A stretch of 64,000 nt of DNA from Octopus bimaculoides. Lineage: Eukaryota. Shown one piece after another: positions 39,839-50,529 of this stretch. Under the pieces are notes generated by a model. It ran no database searches. It saw nothing but the letters and a program-made list of their open reading frames with translations, and was not told the DNA's origin. The DNA lies in contig NC_068981.1 of the NCBI RefSeq assembly GCF_001194135.2, positions 107,346,770-107,410,769 on the forward strand. Direction: 5' to 3'. How positions within the stretch are numbered: position 1 is the first letter of the stretch; the number at the start of each line of letters is the position of its first letter. Made by a program: the position numbers and the translations under genes.

Positions 39839-42800
39839 TGAAATCATTCTTGTTATTTTAAAGGAGAAATTAAACTTGTTTGGAGAGTTTCCTATTGACT
39901 TTGAAAATGATAAGAATCTAATATATTAGTTTTTACAGTGTCAGAGTAAGTTGTCATATAATCCTTCGCAATTTAATGTTTCATTGTCTATATCAGCATG
40001 GGTTTGACAAGCTGACAATACATTATTTGCCAAACATCTCAATTCTGATGCTTAAACTTCTTTGCTTTCTTTAGTCTACCTCTGTTTCATCAACCAAAAA
40101 CTTCCACCACTTCCTTTTTAAAACCCCAAAATGTTTCATAATTTATACAGCTTGTCAATATCAGTGTTGTTGGTTATTTTGCATACATCAGCTGATTCAT
40201 TTAATAGGCCAGCTGCTTGCTTACTTTATCTGTTTTTCATGTTTACAGCTAGACATCCAACAGAACACAGGTGTTTGCATTTGAAATGCTAGAAATAACA
40301 GCCAAATTACATTCTATTTCAGTAAATAAAGTAGGGATGCAGTTGAGAATGTGGCCTAAATTACACTGTGATTATAAGTGTACCAATCACAGCTGAATAA
40401 CAACAATAAGCGTTCCAAAAAAATCATTTTCTCTAATTATTGAATATCCATTGCCTTACCATCTCATATTTTACTGTATTATAGCTTCAAATTTCTGAAC
40501 AAAATATAAAATATACATTTAAAAGAAAAGGATAATTTATATAAATATCATACCACTTCAAATTGTTCAAATGCAAATTTAAACCCTTCCTTGAAATTTG
40601 CCATATCATGGGCTGTGAGATTTTCTACAGCTTTTGTGAGAATCTAGTAAAATAAATGGTAATTAGAATTTAACAAACAATAGCAACAATATGAATAACA
40701 AAATTTTATGATAGAAATAATAATCTTTTCATGTGGCAGTCCCATGAAAGGGAAGAATGCTACTGTTATTTAGCCCTAGGAAACATTGTTTCCAGTTGCC
40801 CATGGCACATTTTCTGTGTCCTTATGTTTTCAAAGGGGAGATAAGCACCTCTACCCAGCAAAGCCAGCATCAAGAGACTATTTTCAGAGTCATTGCTCAC
40901 CATCAGTCTGAAGTAGCATGGCTTGCTAGCTTTATTCTTTACTATGAGCATATAGCTCTTACAAAGAAGGCATAAACAAAGACAGACAACACAATATAGT
41001 GGGGTACATAAAACATAAAAGAAAGAAAATATACCAACCTTTTTATTTCTGTAATTAGCTTGCACAAATGTGTCGTTGAAACAACTGACAAAACTTGCAT
41101 CTTTTGAAAACTGGAAATGAAATAGAATTGTTCTGAGTAGACTTTAAAAAACTATTACAACGTTAAGTTTTACTTTAATTCTTTGTTCTAAGTAGAAAGA
41201 AACTACAGCTATATATAAATTTAACCTCCAGAGTTCTAAGAACTCTACCTTAGCAAAAATCATGTAAACAAGGTTCAAAAGATGAATAATGTTAATTTGC
41301 TATGAGAATCTCCAAAAGAAGGTTGCCCTGCTTCTTAAACACACTTCCAATAACAAAATGGCAATAAAAAGTGATATATCAAGAAAAGTGTTTAAAATTA
41401 AGCACTTTGACTACATGACTCACCATAAAACATTAGATTAGTTGTTCCCAGTCTAAACATTGCTTAGTATACTCAACATATTAACAAAACCCTCTTCAAA
41501 CAAATCCACAAGAGTGCACTTACATAAAGGAACTAACTCCATATTTCAAAAAAATCTTTTCTTATATAGATTCTACAATTTTACATACTGAGATTTCATG
41601 TCCTAAATGCTAATTACAAAACAGGCCACCAAAATGGCATAAGCAGATCTACAGAATATATTCACTAACATGTACACATATATTTCAAGTACTACTTATT
41701 ATATGTAAGTGACTTTCTTACATAGAAGAAATATTTCCTATCTTTGACAACATGCAATTGCATATTTTTAGAAACTGTATTTTGGTATTAAATAGTTTTG
41801 TCTATAAGAGACCTATTTTTAAGTGATAGAAATTACTATATTTACATGAAAATAAGAGCAAATAATTATTTCTTACATGAGCAATATTTACAAAATCATT
41901 CTCTCCCAGAGTATCCAATAAAGATTTCACTGCCACCTTAATAAGCTGAAGGGCTTGCCCATGCACACTGCCACTCCTGCAAAAATATGAGAAAATGGTT
42001 TTATACAAATATAACTGCATAAAAAATGCATGTGCTATAATATATGGATTCATATCATGGTTAAATGAGTACAGGTGAGTTGGACATATGGAGTGAAAAA
42101 CAGTCTTTTAAAATTGAAGATAAGTAGACATAGTAGTTTAAGCTGGTTATTTTACCAGAAATTATTGTGTGTAGGACCTAGTTGCTTAAGCAATGTTACA
42201 TAGTAAAGAAGGTGTTAAGCTTTTGAGAAACATGTCACTAGATAAGAAGGCCAGTACACATCAGATTCAAACCAAGAAAGTATTTAGAGGTACATAATGT
42301 TAAAACTTTAATTATTCAGTGCTCCTGTTATTTACAGTTATATTTTAAAGCTGAATGGTCTGAGCCAGCAAACTAATATTTTTACTACTGAGTAGTGTAA
42401 CTGATGAATATAGATGTTGATCAGAAAATGATGTACATAAACAATTGTTAAATTAAGCTCAGTAACCCAATTTGACAATGTTATGTAAATATTAATTAAG
42501 TTCATTAATAATCATTCTTGTGCTTTGGTTAAAAGAAAATGACCTGCATTGTAATACTATTCACATTATTTGAAATATTACTCACATTCTCATTTATCTG
42601 AAAATTATTTGAGCAGTGACGAAATTAATGAAGATAGTTTTTAATACATAGAAAGTTTGAAGACATGAATGAAAGAATGATGCTGATATATGAAGGAAAT
42701 GTTTTCAATTTAACATTATTAAGAACAATAGAATTGTTCAATTGCTAAAATAAAACTAATACTGAAAAATATCTATGAATTTAAGCTTAGAAAACTAGAT

Positions 42801-44192
42801 GTGATGAGGAAATCAGAAACAGACCTTATTAAAAATTGTTAATATTTTTAATTTGGTGAAATAAGAGATAAACAGATACTTTAAATTTTGGTAGTAATGA
42901 TGATCTATATATGTTAAATGTTAAAAATTATACTTACGTGTCAATAATAATCATCATGTCTTTGGGTGAACTTGCTCCTTGAGTATACCTGACATTAAAG
43001 TGTTAAAAACGATATGGAATAAATTATGAAAATATACTAAAAAGCAATAAATGCAAATTTTAAAATATAAAATATTTTTAAAGTACAAACTAAAACCAAA
43101 GGTATAGTTTTCATCATCTTTTTCTACTACCATAGAGCTCATCCATAAACTATTTTCATCTAGCAATGAAATATACTGACTTTGTACATGTCAATGCTGC
43201 ATATTAGCTGTAGAAAGCCAATGATATTCAAGTTTTAAAAGAAGCAGCTTCAAGAGCAGTAGCATTAACATTTGTATATTTATTGTATTTAGCATACCAA
43301 AGCAATCAACTATATATTATGACTTTAGATGTCAATGTTGTGTGTGCCTGTTTGCAAATACTGCACTATATATAGTGAAATTTATGTGAGATTTTGAATG
43401 TCAAAATATAAGAAAACTAAAAATGAATTGAATATATCCAGTTTATAAAAGTTAACTAAAACATTCTATATGAATAAAATCATTCTTTACAGTTTCTCTT
43501 TTTTTTTTTTTTTAGTTATAAGAGCTTACCACCATAAAAAACATTGTTTAACAAGCTAAAAAGAATATACAACACAAAAACAACTTTGTAATCTCTATGG
43601 TTATAATCACATCACTTGAATGTCATCTACAAGTACAATATATGAAAACAAGTCAACAAAAACAGCCTTCTCCAACTAAAATTCACAGAAAAATATGAAG
43701 TTAATGCTTACTGTTATAGGCTATACACTTTTACACCATATTACCTACTTGCAATTAAGTGGAGGGGTTAATTTAAATGTCAAATATTTTGTCTATGGAC
43801 ATAGAACAATACAAGTAACAGAATTTTGAACCCTGGTTCTTATGGCCAGTGTCCTATTGATTGAACCAGTTAAAAAAAATAAAGAGAATTACAGAAGGTA
43901 TAATGAACTAAATGAAAAGGTAAACTATAAAATTTAGAATGCAAACATAAACAGGTTTAAATAATATATAAAATGGAGAAGTATAATAATGATATGAGGC
44001 CAGTAACAAATTCAGAGAAAAAAGAGGTAGGTTAATTTGTTTGATCCCTAACATCTATTCCTAAATTTTTTTCAAACTAATCTATATTTAATTTACCAGT
44101 AAAAACATTTTTTCATTTATCAAATGTAATACTAAATAATGACAATCTATTCATCTCCTGCCAGCATGGAAAGCAGATGTAAAACAATAATG

Positions 44193-44231
<39 letters not shown>

Positions 44232-47200
44232 TAGAAAGGATGCTAATTGAAAACAACGCTTACAAAAAAAATGTCTTTTATCCATTTAACAACTTGGGCT
44301 AACAATAAGAAAAATTTAACCATTTCAAAATTTAATAATTCTCACCATGGACGTCTACGCACATCAAAAAGATCAACACTACCATGTGTTCTCCATCTGC
44401 TTGCTGCAATAAAAACAAGGAATTTATAAATTCTGGAATGAAAGAACAGTTCATTGCTTATATGATTTGATAAACACTAATTTATTTACAAATTTAAATT
44501 ATACTACTTTTGTTTATGTGGGTTAATATTGGACTTTGACCAAAGCTGTTTAATACCAAGAATTTGTTCAGTTTTGCTTAAATACATATAGAATAGGATT
44601 GCAGGTATAGCTGCATGGTTAAGAGGTTTGTTTTAAAACTACATGATTTGAAGTTTGATTCCATTGTGTGACATCTTGGTTAAAACATCTTAGATTGCCT
44701 CAAGTTGACTAGTACGTTGTCAAAGGAATTTGGTACATGAAAACTGTTGAAGCTATAGGATATATTACATCTTTTGCCATATATTAGCTAATGATGTGAA
44801 CATCAAAGAAAAACTAGTACTTTTTGAATGAAGTTCACCAAGTTGTAACTGCTTCCCCATCACTCGTTTTGGCAGAAATGCAATTGACTAATGATTGCTA
44901 CTGGAAACATGTAACCCATGATGTCATTAGTCATGAATTATGATACAAATAAAATAAATTATTTAGGAATAAACACGTCTGGTATTTTGGCTATGTGGAT
45001 ATAAGATGTCAATCATATAGTTTAAGTTGAGCTGCTTCATTGTAAGGTATATTGTTCTGAAGTTTATAATTTAAAATATGTTGAAAACTATTTTGTTTCT
45101 ACATTATGAAAGTTGTCAAACTCTGCAAACACTAGTTTAGCTTCACTTATGTTGTTCACTTCAACCAACTGGTCTAATTTATGTATGTATACAATGTAGG
45201 TAACTGAACTGAAGTTCTAAAACCAAGAATATTCAAGAGTCTTAAAACAGTAATACATTGGATAGAAAGGTTCAATGAGTCAAATATTAAATAGAATACT
45301 TTATGGCTTTAAACTATAATAGATTGAAGGACTTGGATAAATTAGTAAGAATAGCAGAGAAGACATAGTTTGTATACTAAAAGAAGATAGAAAAATATAA
45401 TTAGAATTATGTTATAAAGTGATTGGTTTATTGAACGGTTAGTTAAGAATTATTGGATAGTGAAGTAAATAAGTGATTAGAAGCAAGTATATACACATGT
45501 ACAGTTCAATTTGCAATATTTATACTTAAGCTGTATGATACATTTGTTATAAATTTTTTATATATTTTTTTTTCTTGTAGATTTTAGAATTGTTATAAAT
45601 TTCTTCAGTTTCCAAATACCCTGGCTTTGGTAGTTTTGGCACAAGTAGTTGAAGATGTGAGTGAATGAAAGATTTCCTTCAGGCCTTAGTTGTATATTTC
45701 TAATTTAGCTAAGCCCTAAAGTTATTGAATCTCTGAGTTTTTCCTATATCTAGCAGAAGAAAGAGGTTAAAGTAACGGCCTAGTGGCAAGTGTGTTGTTT
45801 CTGTTCTGAGAGGTTTTTGAAGGTCAATTTTTTTGAAAACCGTTCATTTCCAGAGAGTTTGTATGATATTGGAGTCTCGGTGTTACTTAAGGTTGTTGTG
45901 ACATACTATATGGCTGTTGTTAGTTATTGGTGCTGCTAATTAATTTGTAGAGTATTTTCTGTTTATGTGGTTTACATTCAATATGGATGTTTGCCAGTTT
46001 TTAGCTCTTCTTTGGTTTATTTGGTTTATCATTTTCTTGTTAAGTTGTTTGATGCTGAGTTTTACTTCTGATGTATTTGCAATGATTCCTAGTTTTTATC
46101 AATTTGGAGACTTCAGTCATATAACTAGGGAAGTATTTTTCTGTCTTGCTTGTGAATATGTTCTTTGAAAGCCTCTATAATTTTGCTGAGTGGATAGAAG
46201 AGTCATTAGTGCATCAAAAAGAATGCTTTATAGTATTTGTTCTGGTTCTCTGTATTCTGAGTTCAAATCATACCCCATGTTGTTGGGGTGGGACAGCGAC
46301 ACTTCTGTTAGGAACCATGCTGTCACTATGACAAGTAATACAATATCTGGATTCTGTGAACTGTAATTCTATCCTTTGATGGAGGTGATCAATGGTTCTT
46401 TAAGAAGTTTATGGGGTGTTTCATTTTGTTCATTGATATGCATGTGTGTTGTGATGATGAGAGGTAGATGGGTGAAACAGAGTTGCAGGAACATTTGCTA
46501 TATTGTTGTAGTGGATTGGTGTATGGAGCAGAAAATAACACCTAGAAGAAAGTTGGAGAGGTATGTGGGTGTGTTGTTTAGAGAATAAAGAAAATTTATT
46601 TGTATTCTAGTACCATGCTTTGAAACTGCCTCTCATGACAGTGTATGTTAAAGTGGTGCATCTTTAAGTACAAGGGGAAGTCAAAAATTATCTGCACTTT
46701 CACTATAACATATCTTTATTATTGTCACACTGCCTTCTGCGCATGAGTGCTTATAGTTGGTACTATTGTGGTCACATGATAGAAATTGGAGTCTGATCGG
46801 GCCATTTTTTTTTTCTGGCTTTACAGTGTAAGTATGGCTGCTCCACTAGCAATGTGCACCAAAGAAGAACAAAGAGCAGTGATTCAATTTCTCTGGTCGA
46901 TAGGTGTCTCAGATGCTGAAATTCATCAGAGGCTTTTAACACAATATGGAGACAGTGCACTACTGCATAGAAGTATGTATGAGTGGATCGAGAAGTTTAA
47001 AAATGACTGGACAAGCATAACGCATGAAGAGGGAGCAGGACACCAGTCAACCTCCACCACTGACGAGAAGATTCAGCAAGCTCGAGTGATGTTAATGGTA
47101 AACTGGTTCACCATTATCATCTCTCAAATCACTGCTCTTTGTTCTTCTTTGATGCACATTGATAGTGGAGCAGCCATGCTTACACTGTAAAGCCAGAAAG

Positions 47201-48057
47201 AAAAGTAGCACGATCAGGTTCAAACTCTGATCACATGACCACAATAGTACCAACTATAAGCACTCATGCGCAGAAGGCAGTGCGACAATAATAAAGATAT
47301 GTTATGGCAAAGTGCAGATAATTTTTTACTTCTCCTCATATGTAGATTAGCAGCACAGCTGGTAAGGTCTGTGGTAGTATGCAGCTGTTTATTATATACA
47401 TGTACTGTTTTCATAGTCAACACTTATATTTCCAGCATGTTATACCCTATATGTTTTAAAATATCATTGCATAGCTTGGCCAAATTATTAAGTTATAACT
47501 TTTGCATTCTAAGTTTTTCCAAAATGAATTTCATATTTTTTCTTTTTTTGAATCATACCCCAAACATGTGCTTTAAATTTGTAACAGGACTTTACAAAAT
47601 ATTCTTACACTAAATTATGGCACTTATAAGACATCAGATCTGCTGTTTCATGCAAAAAATCTGATATCAGCAGAAAACAATTTTCTTTATTTCAAAATTG
47701 AAATTTTTCACAAGTCATTAAATTTGACTATTGGCACAATTAGACTGGTAATATACTTTTATTGCCAACTTATTACTTTTAAGCATAAGCCATATTAGAG
47801 TAGAAAGAATTATTTGTGAATGAAGTCCATCTGACACCAAACAGAACATTTTCCATTTTTATGTAGTTTATATTTTATTTATGAATATGAATATAATTTA
47901 AGAATTAAAATAAAAATTAATTTACCGGGATACATTCTCATGAAACCACTCTGGCTTCCAAAATACTGCCACAATAACTTTTTATTTTTGTTATAATTAT
48001 CTTCAAACACTTTATCAAGCTGTGCTGACCATCCTAATCCATTGAGTATGTCTATAT
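9254..48057 (-). CDS. CACNA2D: Partial multi-exon gene: voltage-dependent calcium channel alpha-2/delta subunit (VWA_N-Cache-VWA-Cache region); 5' and 3' ends outside the window or not found
   Basis: Ten phase-compatible GT-AG exons (845 nt) splice to (D)[281 protein letters not shown]. The motifs WQYFGS, DVRRRPWY, SPKDM-IIIDxSGS, QAN-RNK, IMLLTDG, VRVFTY-VG and MAC-NRGYF are alpha2delta hallmarks. The symbol is family-level only. Confidence 0.96.
13474..13547. repeat. 35-bp direct tandem duplication
   Basis: tagtataactactagtgtatactaatgtatta(a/t)tg twice, with one mismatch. Confidence 0.85.
13955..14145 (+). mobile_element. 5'-truncated RTE tail / RTE-related short element
   Basis: gagtggttggcattaggaagggcatccagctgtagaaactctgcc..catggaaagcggacgttaaacgatgatgatgatga; same tail as 1240-1425. 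Confidence 0.88.
19614..19691 (-). CDS. Candidate third, divergent exon variant C (78 nt, phase 0/0): [26 protein letters not shown]
   Basis: Acceptor ctatattacctacag, donor G|gtaaca; open in phase 0; GC-richer than its flanks. Shares E1, aromatic residue 2, L3, P9, a Trp at 19 (20 in A/B) and Asp three residues from the exon end. Homology is weak. Confidence 0.4.
21898..22480 (-). mobile_element. RTE-type 3' UTR/tail with an internal 26-bp tandem expansion
   Basis: tttccatgctggcatggg..ctggatgcccttcc is the reverse complement of the tail at 1240-1425; a period-26 array starts at 22057. Confidence 0.8.
22057..22462. repeat. 26-bp minisatellite, about 15 degenerate units (tatgtgacactggcacaggtgcttcg)
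   Basis: Units start at 22057, 22083, 22109, 22135, 22161, 22187, 22213 and onward. Confidence 0.9.
22690..23770 (-). mobile_element. Degenerate RTE LINE reverse-transcriptase fragment
   Basis: [59 protein letters not shown] and [12 protein letters not shown] are non-LTR RT motifs; split over several frames. Confidence 0.9.
23930..24110. repeat. (AT)n - 10-N gap (23992-24001) - (GA)n(GATA)n compound microsatellite
   Basis: Directly visible. Confidence 0.95.
24650..25536 (-). mobile_element. Internally deleted, inactive Tc1/mariner element
   Basis: Imperfect terminal inverted repeats in TA context (gaggtggtatcaaaaggttcccagactagtt / aactagtatggtaactttttatactacct). Transposase N-terminus [27 protein letters not shown] from ATG 25353 contains stops; C-terminus [20 protein letters not shown]...GDYFEG is present. 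Confidence 0.9.
25573..25678. repeat. (AT)n/(TG)n compound microsatellite
   Basis: Directly visible. Confidence 0.95.
27050..27285 (-). mobile_element. Highly degenerate RTE ORF2 C-terminal fragment
   Basis: The minus strand resembles 450-720 (gtgtacaagagagaaggttatgttggtatgg = VQERRLCWY). Confidence 0.6.
27510..27893 (+). mobile_element. tRNA-derived SINE (interrupted by a 10-N gap)
   Basis: A-box ggctcagtggttagagc and B-box gttcgaatccc head, followed by a non-tRNA body (gtgttcttgagcaagacacttta..). Confidence 0.85.
28689..28772 (-). CDS. CACNA2D: alpha2delta exon variant A (84 nt, phase 0/0): [28 protein letters not shown]
   Basis: Acceptor ttatttattccag, donor gtaagc; Y..VL.RP..L....W..VY.D matches the post-VWA Cache segment (human alpha2delta-1, from recall: EYLDVLGRPMVL..KQVQWTNVYLDAL). 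Confidence 0.9.
29903..30064 (-). mobile_element. 5'-truncated RTE tail with probable target-site duplication
   Basis: (cat)n cgtttaacgtccgctttccatgctagcatgg..; gtataat occurs at both 29898-29904 and 30062-30068. Confidence 0.88.
32011..32060 (-). CDS. CACNA2D: alpha2delta exon (50 nt, phase 1/0): (G)[16 protein letters not shown]
   Basis: Acceptor tttttttcag, donor gtaagt; G|GT completes Gly; end of the VWA domain. Confidence 0.94.
32506..32887 (+). mobile_element. tRNA-derived SINE, second family (with internal (TA/TG)n)
   Basis: gggttcaatcccactgcgtggcatcttgggcaagtgtcttct..gtgagtggatttggtagacggaaactg..cgtaacttagcggttcggcaaaagagaccgatagaataagt..caaatgactgaaacaagtaa; recurs several times in the window. 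Confidence 0.88.
33968..34524. repeat. Near-perfect inverted repeat (272-bp arms, 13-nt loop); MITE/fold-back-like
   Basis: 33968-34239 pairs with 34253-34524 without indels; I counted about 6 mismatches by eye; both ends are ATAT. Confidence 0.95.
34673..34710. repeat. 38-nt poly(A) run (poly-U in the alpha2delta pre-mRNA)
   Basis: Directly visible. Confidence 0.95.
34979..35057 (-). CDS. CACNA2D: alpha2delta exon (79 nt, phase 0/1): [26 protein letters not shown](G)
   Basis: Acceptor ctttttattacag, donor gtaacc; VRVFTY.VG and WMAC.N motifs. Confidence 0.96.
35385..35565 (-). mobile_element. Older, diverged RTE tail copy
   Basis: catcatcatcctttaacgttcattttccatactggc..ggctggatgccctacc..; same family, more mismatches. 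Confidence 0.75.
36349..36477 (-). CDS. CACNA2D: alpha2delta exon (129 nt, phase 0/0): [43 protein letters not shown]
   Basis: Acceptor ttttattatag, donor gtatgt; CN..IMLLTDG and F.KYNW motifs. Confidence 0.95.
36570..36812 (+). mobile_element. SINE, second family, partial
   Basis: gggttcagtcccactgcatggcaccttgggcaagtgtctt..gtaacttagcggttc. Confidence 0.8.
37641..37858 (+). mobile_element. SINE, second family, 3' half
   Basis: gtttgtccccacc..cgtaacttagcggttcagcaaaagag..caaatgactgaaacaagtaaaagaataaaag. Confidence 0.82.
37915..38398 (+). mobile_element. RTE LINE fragments on either side of a 100-N gap
   Basis: 38055-38398 closely matches about 88-425 ([43 protein letters not shown]). 37915-37954 is 3'-UTR sequence; this order relative to the ORF part is unexpected and may be a scaffolding effect. 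Confidence 0.88.
37955..38054. other. Assembly gap (100 N)
   Basis: N run. Confidence 0.99.
38592..38775 (+). mobile_element. Third, older SINE family
   Basis: gttctgagttcaaattcc..gaggtcaactttgtctttcatcctttcggg..ataaaa..gtaccag; more decayed copies near 12060-12190 and 54730-54860. Confidence 0.65.
39145..39800. other. Assembly gap (656 N)
   Basis: N run; the flanking exons (40554-40643 and 36349-36477) join in frame without needing a hidden exon. Confidence 0.99.
40554..40643 (-). CDS. CACNA2D: alpha2delta exon (90 nt, phase 0/0): [30 protein letters not shown]
   Basis: Acceptor tattttactag, donor gtatga. An alternative donor gtggta 3 nt earlier would drop the final V. GF.FAFEQ motif. Confidence 0.92.
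41039..41110 (-). CDS. CACNA2D: alpha2delta exon (72 nt, phase 0/0): [24 protein letters not shown]
   Basis: Acceptor tttcatttccag, donor gttggt; CF..F/LVQAN.RNK motif. Confidence 0.93.
41877..41976 (-). CDS. CACNA2D: alpha2delta exon (100 nt, phase 2/0): (T)[33 protein letters not shown]
   Basis: Acceptor tttttgcag, donor gtaaga; completes the DxSxS MIDAS loop (DTSGS); LDTL.ENDFVN motif. Confidence 0.96.
42938..42988 (-). CDS. CACNA2D: alpha2delta exon (51 nt, phase 2/2): (W)[16 protein letters not shown](T)
   Basis: Acceptor ttaatgtcag, donor gtaagt; TG|G completes Trp; start of the VWA domain. Confidence 0.96.
44192..44232. repeat. (TTA)n microsatellite
   Basis: Directly visible. Confidence 0.95.
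44346..44403 (-). CDS. CACNA2D: alpha2delta exon (58 nt, phase 1/2): (A)[18 protein letters not shown](W)
   Basis: Acceptor ttttattgcag, donor gtgaga; joins the previous exon as G|CA; carries the RRRPW motif. Missed by the ORF track. Confidence 0.95.
45620..46600 (-). mobile_element. Possible very decayed Penelope-like retroelement 3' region (GIY-YIG end)
   Basis: Minus-strand fragments PLGRYFN and [10 protein letters not shown] resemble the PVARHFN and L.TL.P.GLN motifs of Penelope endonucleases; many stops; weak evidence. Confidence 0.35.
46669..47340 (+). mobile_element. Fold-back mariner derivative: two 5' ends in inverted orientation
   Basis: TA-caaggggaagtcaaaaattatctgcact at the left, agtgcagataattttttacttctcctca-TA at the right. 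Transposase HTH start [42 protein letters not shown]. 47127-47340 is an inverted copy of 46669-46884. Confidence 0.88.
47926..48057 (-). CDS. CACNA2D: alpha2delta exon (132 nt, phase 1/1): (D)[43 protein letters not shown]
   Basis: Acceptor tttacag, donor gtaaat; open frame; VWA_N / Cache motif WQYFGS..G.MR.YP. Confidence 0.95.
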
Positions 48058-50529
48058 CTGTAAATATATATAGGAAAAAAAATTCCATTAGCTTATCATA
48101 CAAAATGTAAAATTTTTAAAAAATTGTGATATACATCCATAATAGTTCACTTTAGAATGAATACAATTGTATTTACTTGAAAAAAAAAAATCAAAAATAA
48201 TACATCTCAAAGTAAAACACGTGCAAGTTTGGGGTATACATGTATATGCATGTATAAATGGCAAATTTTGAGCCAAAGTGACTAAACTGCAACTATTTTA
48301 AGAAAATATAAAATAGTATTTAATGTGTGAAGTGGCAAAGTCATTCATATGTGCACTATATACAAATAGATATCTCATTGCTTTACTGCAATTTATTGAT
48401 ATGATACTACTATTTTAAATGTCATAATAATTTCTCACTAAAATCTGAAAGAGTAAAAACACTGGTGATTTATACTCTTTTAGAACACTGAAGATCAAGA
48501 AGGTTGCATATACTGAATTTGTGAAACAGGTGGGGTTTTTTTTTTTCATGCTGAATTTTTCTCAAGATCTTTTGTTGAAAAATGTCATTATATTTTATTC
48601 AAATTGAAAAATAAATCAAGATGAACAGCCCGTTAAACTTGGTCAAGAAAACTAGTTCAGCTACATAATTCTCTTTATCGAGAAAGTTACAGGAATGTCA
48701 TATGCAGTCTTCTTTGACAAGTGATATATTCCTACCAATATCAGTTTTTTATAATGATCAGTAAGCAGTATATTGTGACCAAGAAAATATCTGATACTTT
48801 AATTTCTTTTCATTGAATTAATTTAATAAAAAAAGCAAAAATGTTAGTTACTCTAGTGTAGCATGAAGAAAAAAATATTGTTTTAGGTTGTACTCTTCTT
48901 TGGATACATTAGCTATATAGATTTTCAAGATCTGATAATTAAATATGATCACAAGTGTTCGAGGCAAATTAATTACATTTATACAAGTGTATTAATAAGT
49001 CATGTTAAAGCAGTATAATAATCTACAAAATTTGTTTCATTATTTTTACATAATTTTGTAATAATAAAATCAAGTGTGAACACTCCCTTGCTTTCCAATT
49101 TATGTATTTAGGTTATGCATCTAATAGTGCCACCAAAAATAAAAAATAAAAAATAAAATATCCAATTGGGTTTTACACTTCAAAGAAACAAGCTTGTGTG
49201 TATTAGAATTCTTCAAACAAAAAAAATTTTGTGGTAGGGGTTGCAATGCTATGAAACATATTAATCATGTACAATGATTTTTTTTATGCTTTATAGATTT
49301 ATTTTCCTTCAATTGACATATCAAGACATAATTCACATTTGGGAATTAATCAACAACACAATAAGCCTCAAAATATAGATTTTTTTACTTTCAAACATCT
49401 ATTACTTTTAATATATCTAACACTTGCTCATGCCTGCAAAAAGAAAGGGGGGTCATGGTTAGAATGCTTTTGTTCATTGGTCTACTCAATCAAGCTAACC
49501 TGGAACTGAATATTGTATCTATTCTTATAACTGACTTGCTATGCATGCAGCAACAATATTTCAGTTAAATAAACCCATTACAAAACATTCTCAGTTTACT
49601 CCATTGAGACTGACACTTAAAACTGGTTGTTCAGTCATCTACTATTGTTTCATTTAAAAAGTTGGCAAATTATTCATACTGGATTTTAGTTTGGTTGCAT
49701 ATTTCATCATACAAACTTAGCATTAATCACATATAATCTATTTTACATTTCCAAACAAATATCTAAAATAGCTTAGCTGTTCTATTGCTGTGATTTTTTC
49801 TCTTTATCAAATAAAAAAAGTAAAATTTGAGACTAACAACCCACACTTCATTCATAGACAATATTACGGATAAACATCCATGGAAAGTAAAACTTGAATA
49901 TGAATACAAAAATAATAGACATAATCAATATCAAGTAAAGGAGAGTGTCTAGAGTTCATAGTTGAGAAGTTCAAAGAACTGTTACCTATTCTGACAGGAA
50001 ATAGATATTTTTTATGATAAAGGGACAGGCAATATACAGAATCAGCTCAAGTATATTTGGTGTAATAAAGTTACTGTTTCTATCATGTCTAGAATAGAAT
50101 GGGATAAAAATGATGTGTTGTGTGTACAGTAGAGTTGGGAGGAGTGGCTAAATCTAGATTAGCTCCATGGATATTGAGATATTTATTGAAACAGAGAAGT
50201 TTATAATTTTAAGGAAATTGAGATAATTTATACTGACAGATTCTAAGGATGAGGCAATAAAGATAGGCTACTAAACTGAGTAGCAAAAAATATACATTAA
50301 AATGACTATAGATGAATTGATTGGATATCAAACCAAGACAAACCAGTGGTTTTAGTTCAGCAAATAGAAAGAAACATAATTGAATATTGGTTAATTGTAT
50401 TAAGACAAAGTATCAACTAATACTAGTTAGAGTGACAAAACATTAGTCCTTCAGTTACCTAACATTAAATTAAATAATATCAGTTTTGTGCATGAAAAAG
50501 CATATAAACATTTTTTTAGCTTTTATCAT

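Noticed and set aside
38962-39929. Four long ORFs (249-299 aa) in the ORF track
   Set aside because: They run through the 656-N gap and (AT)n repeats; artefacts.
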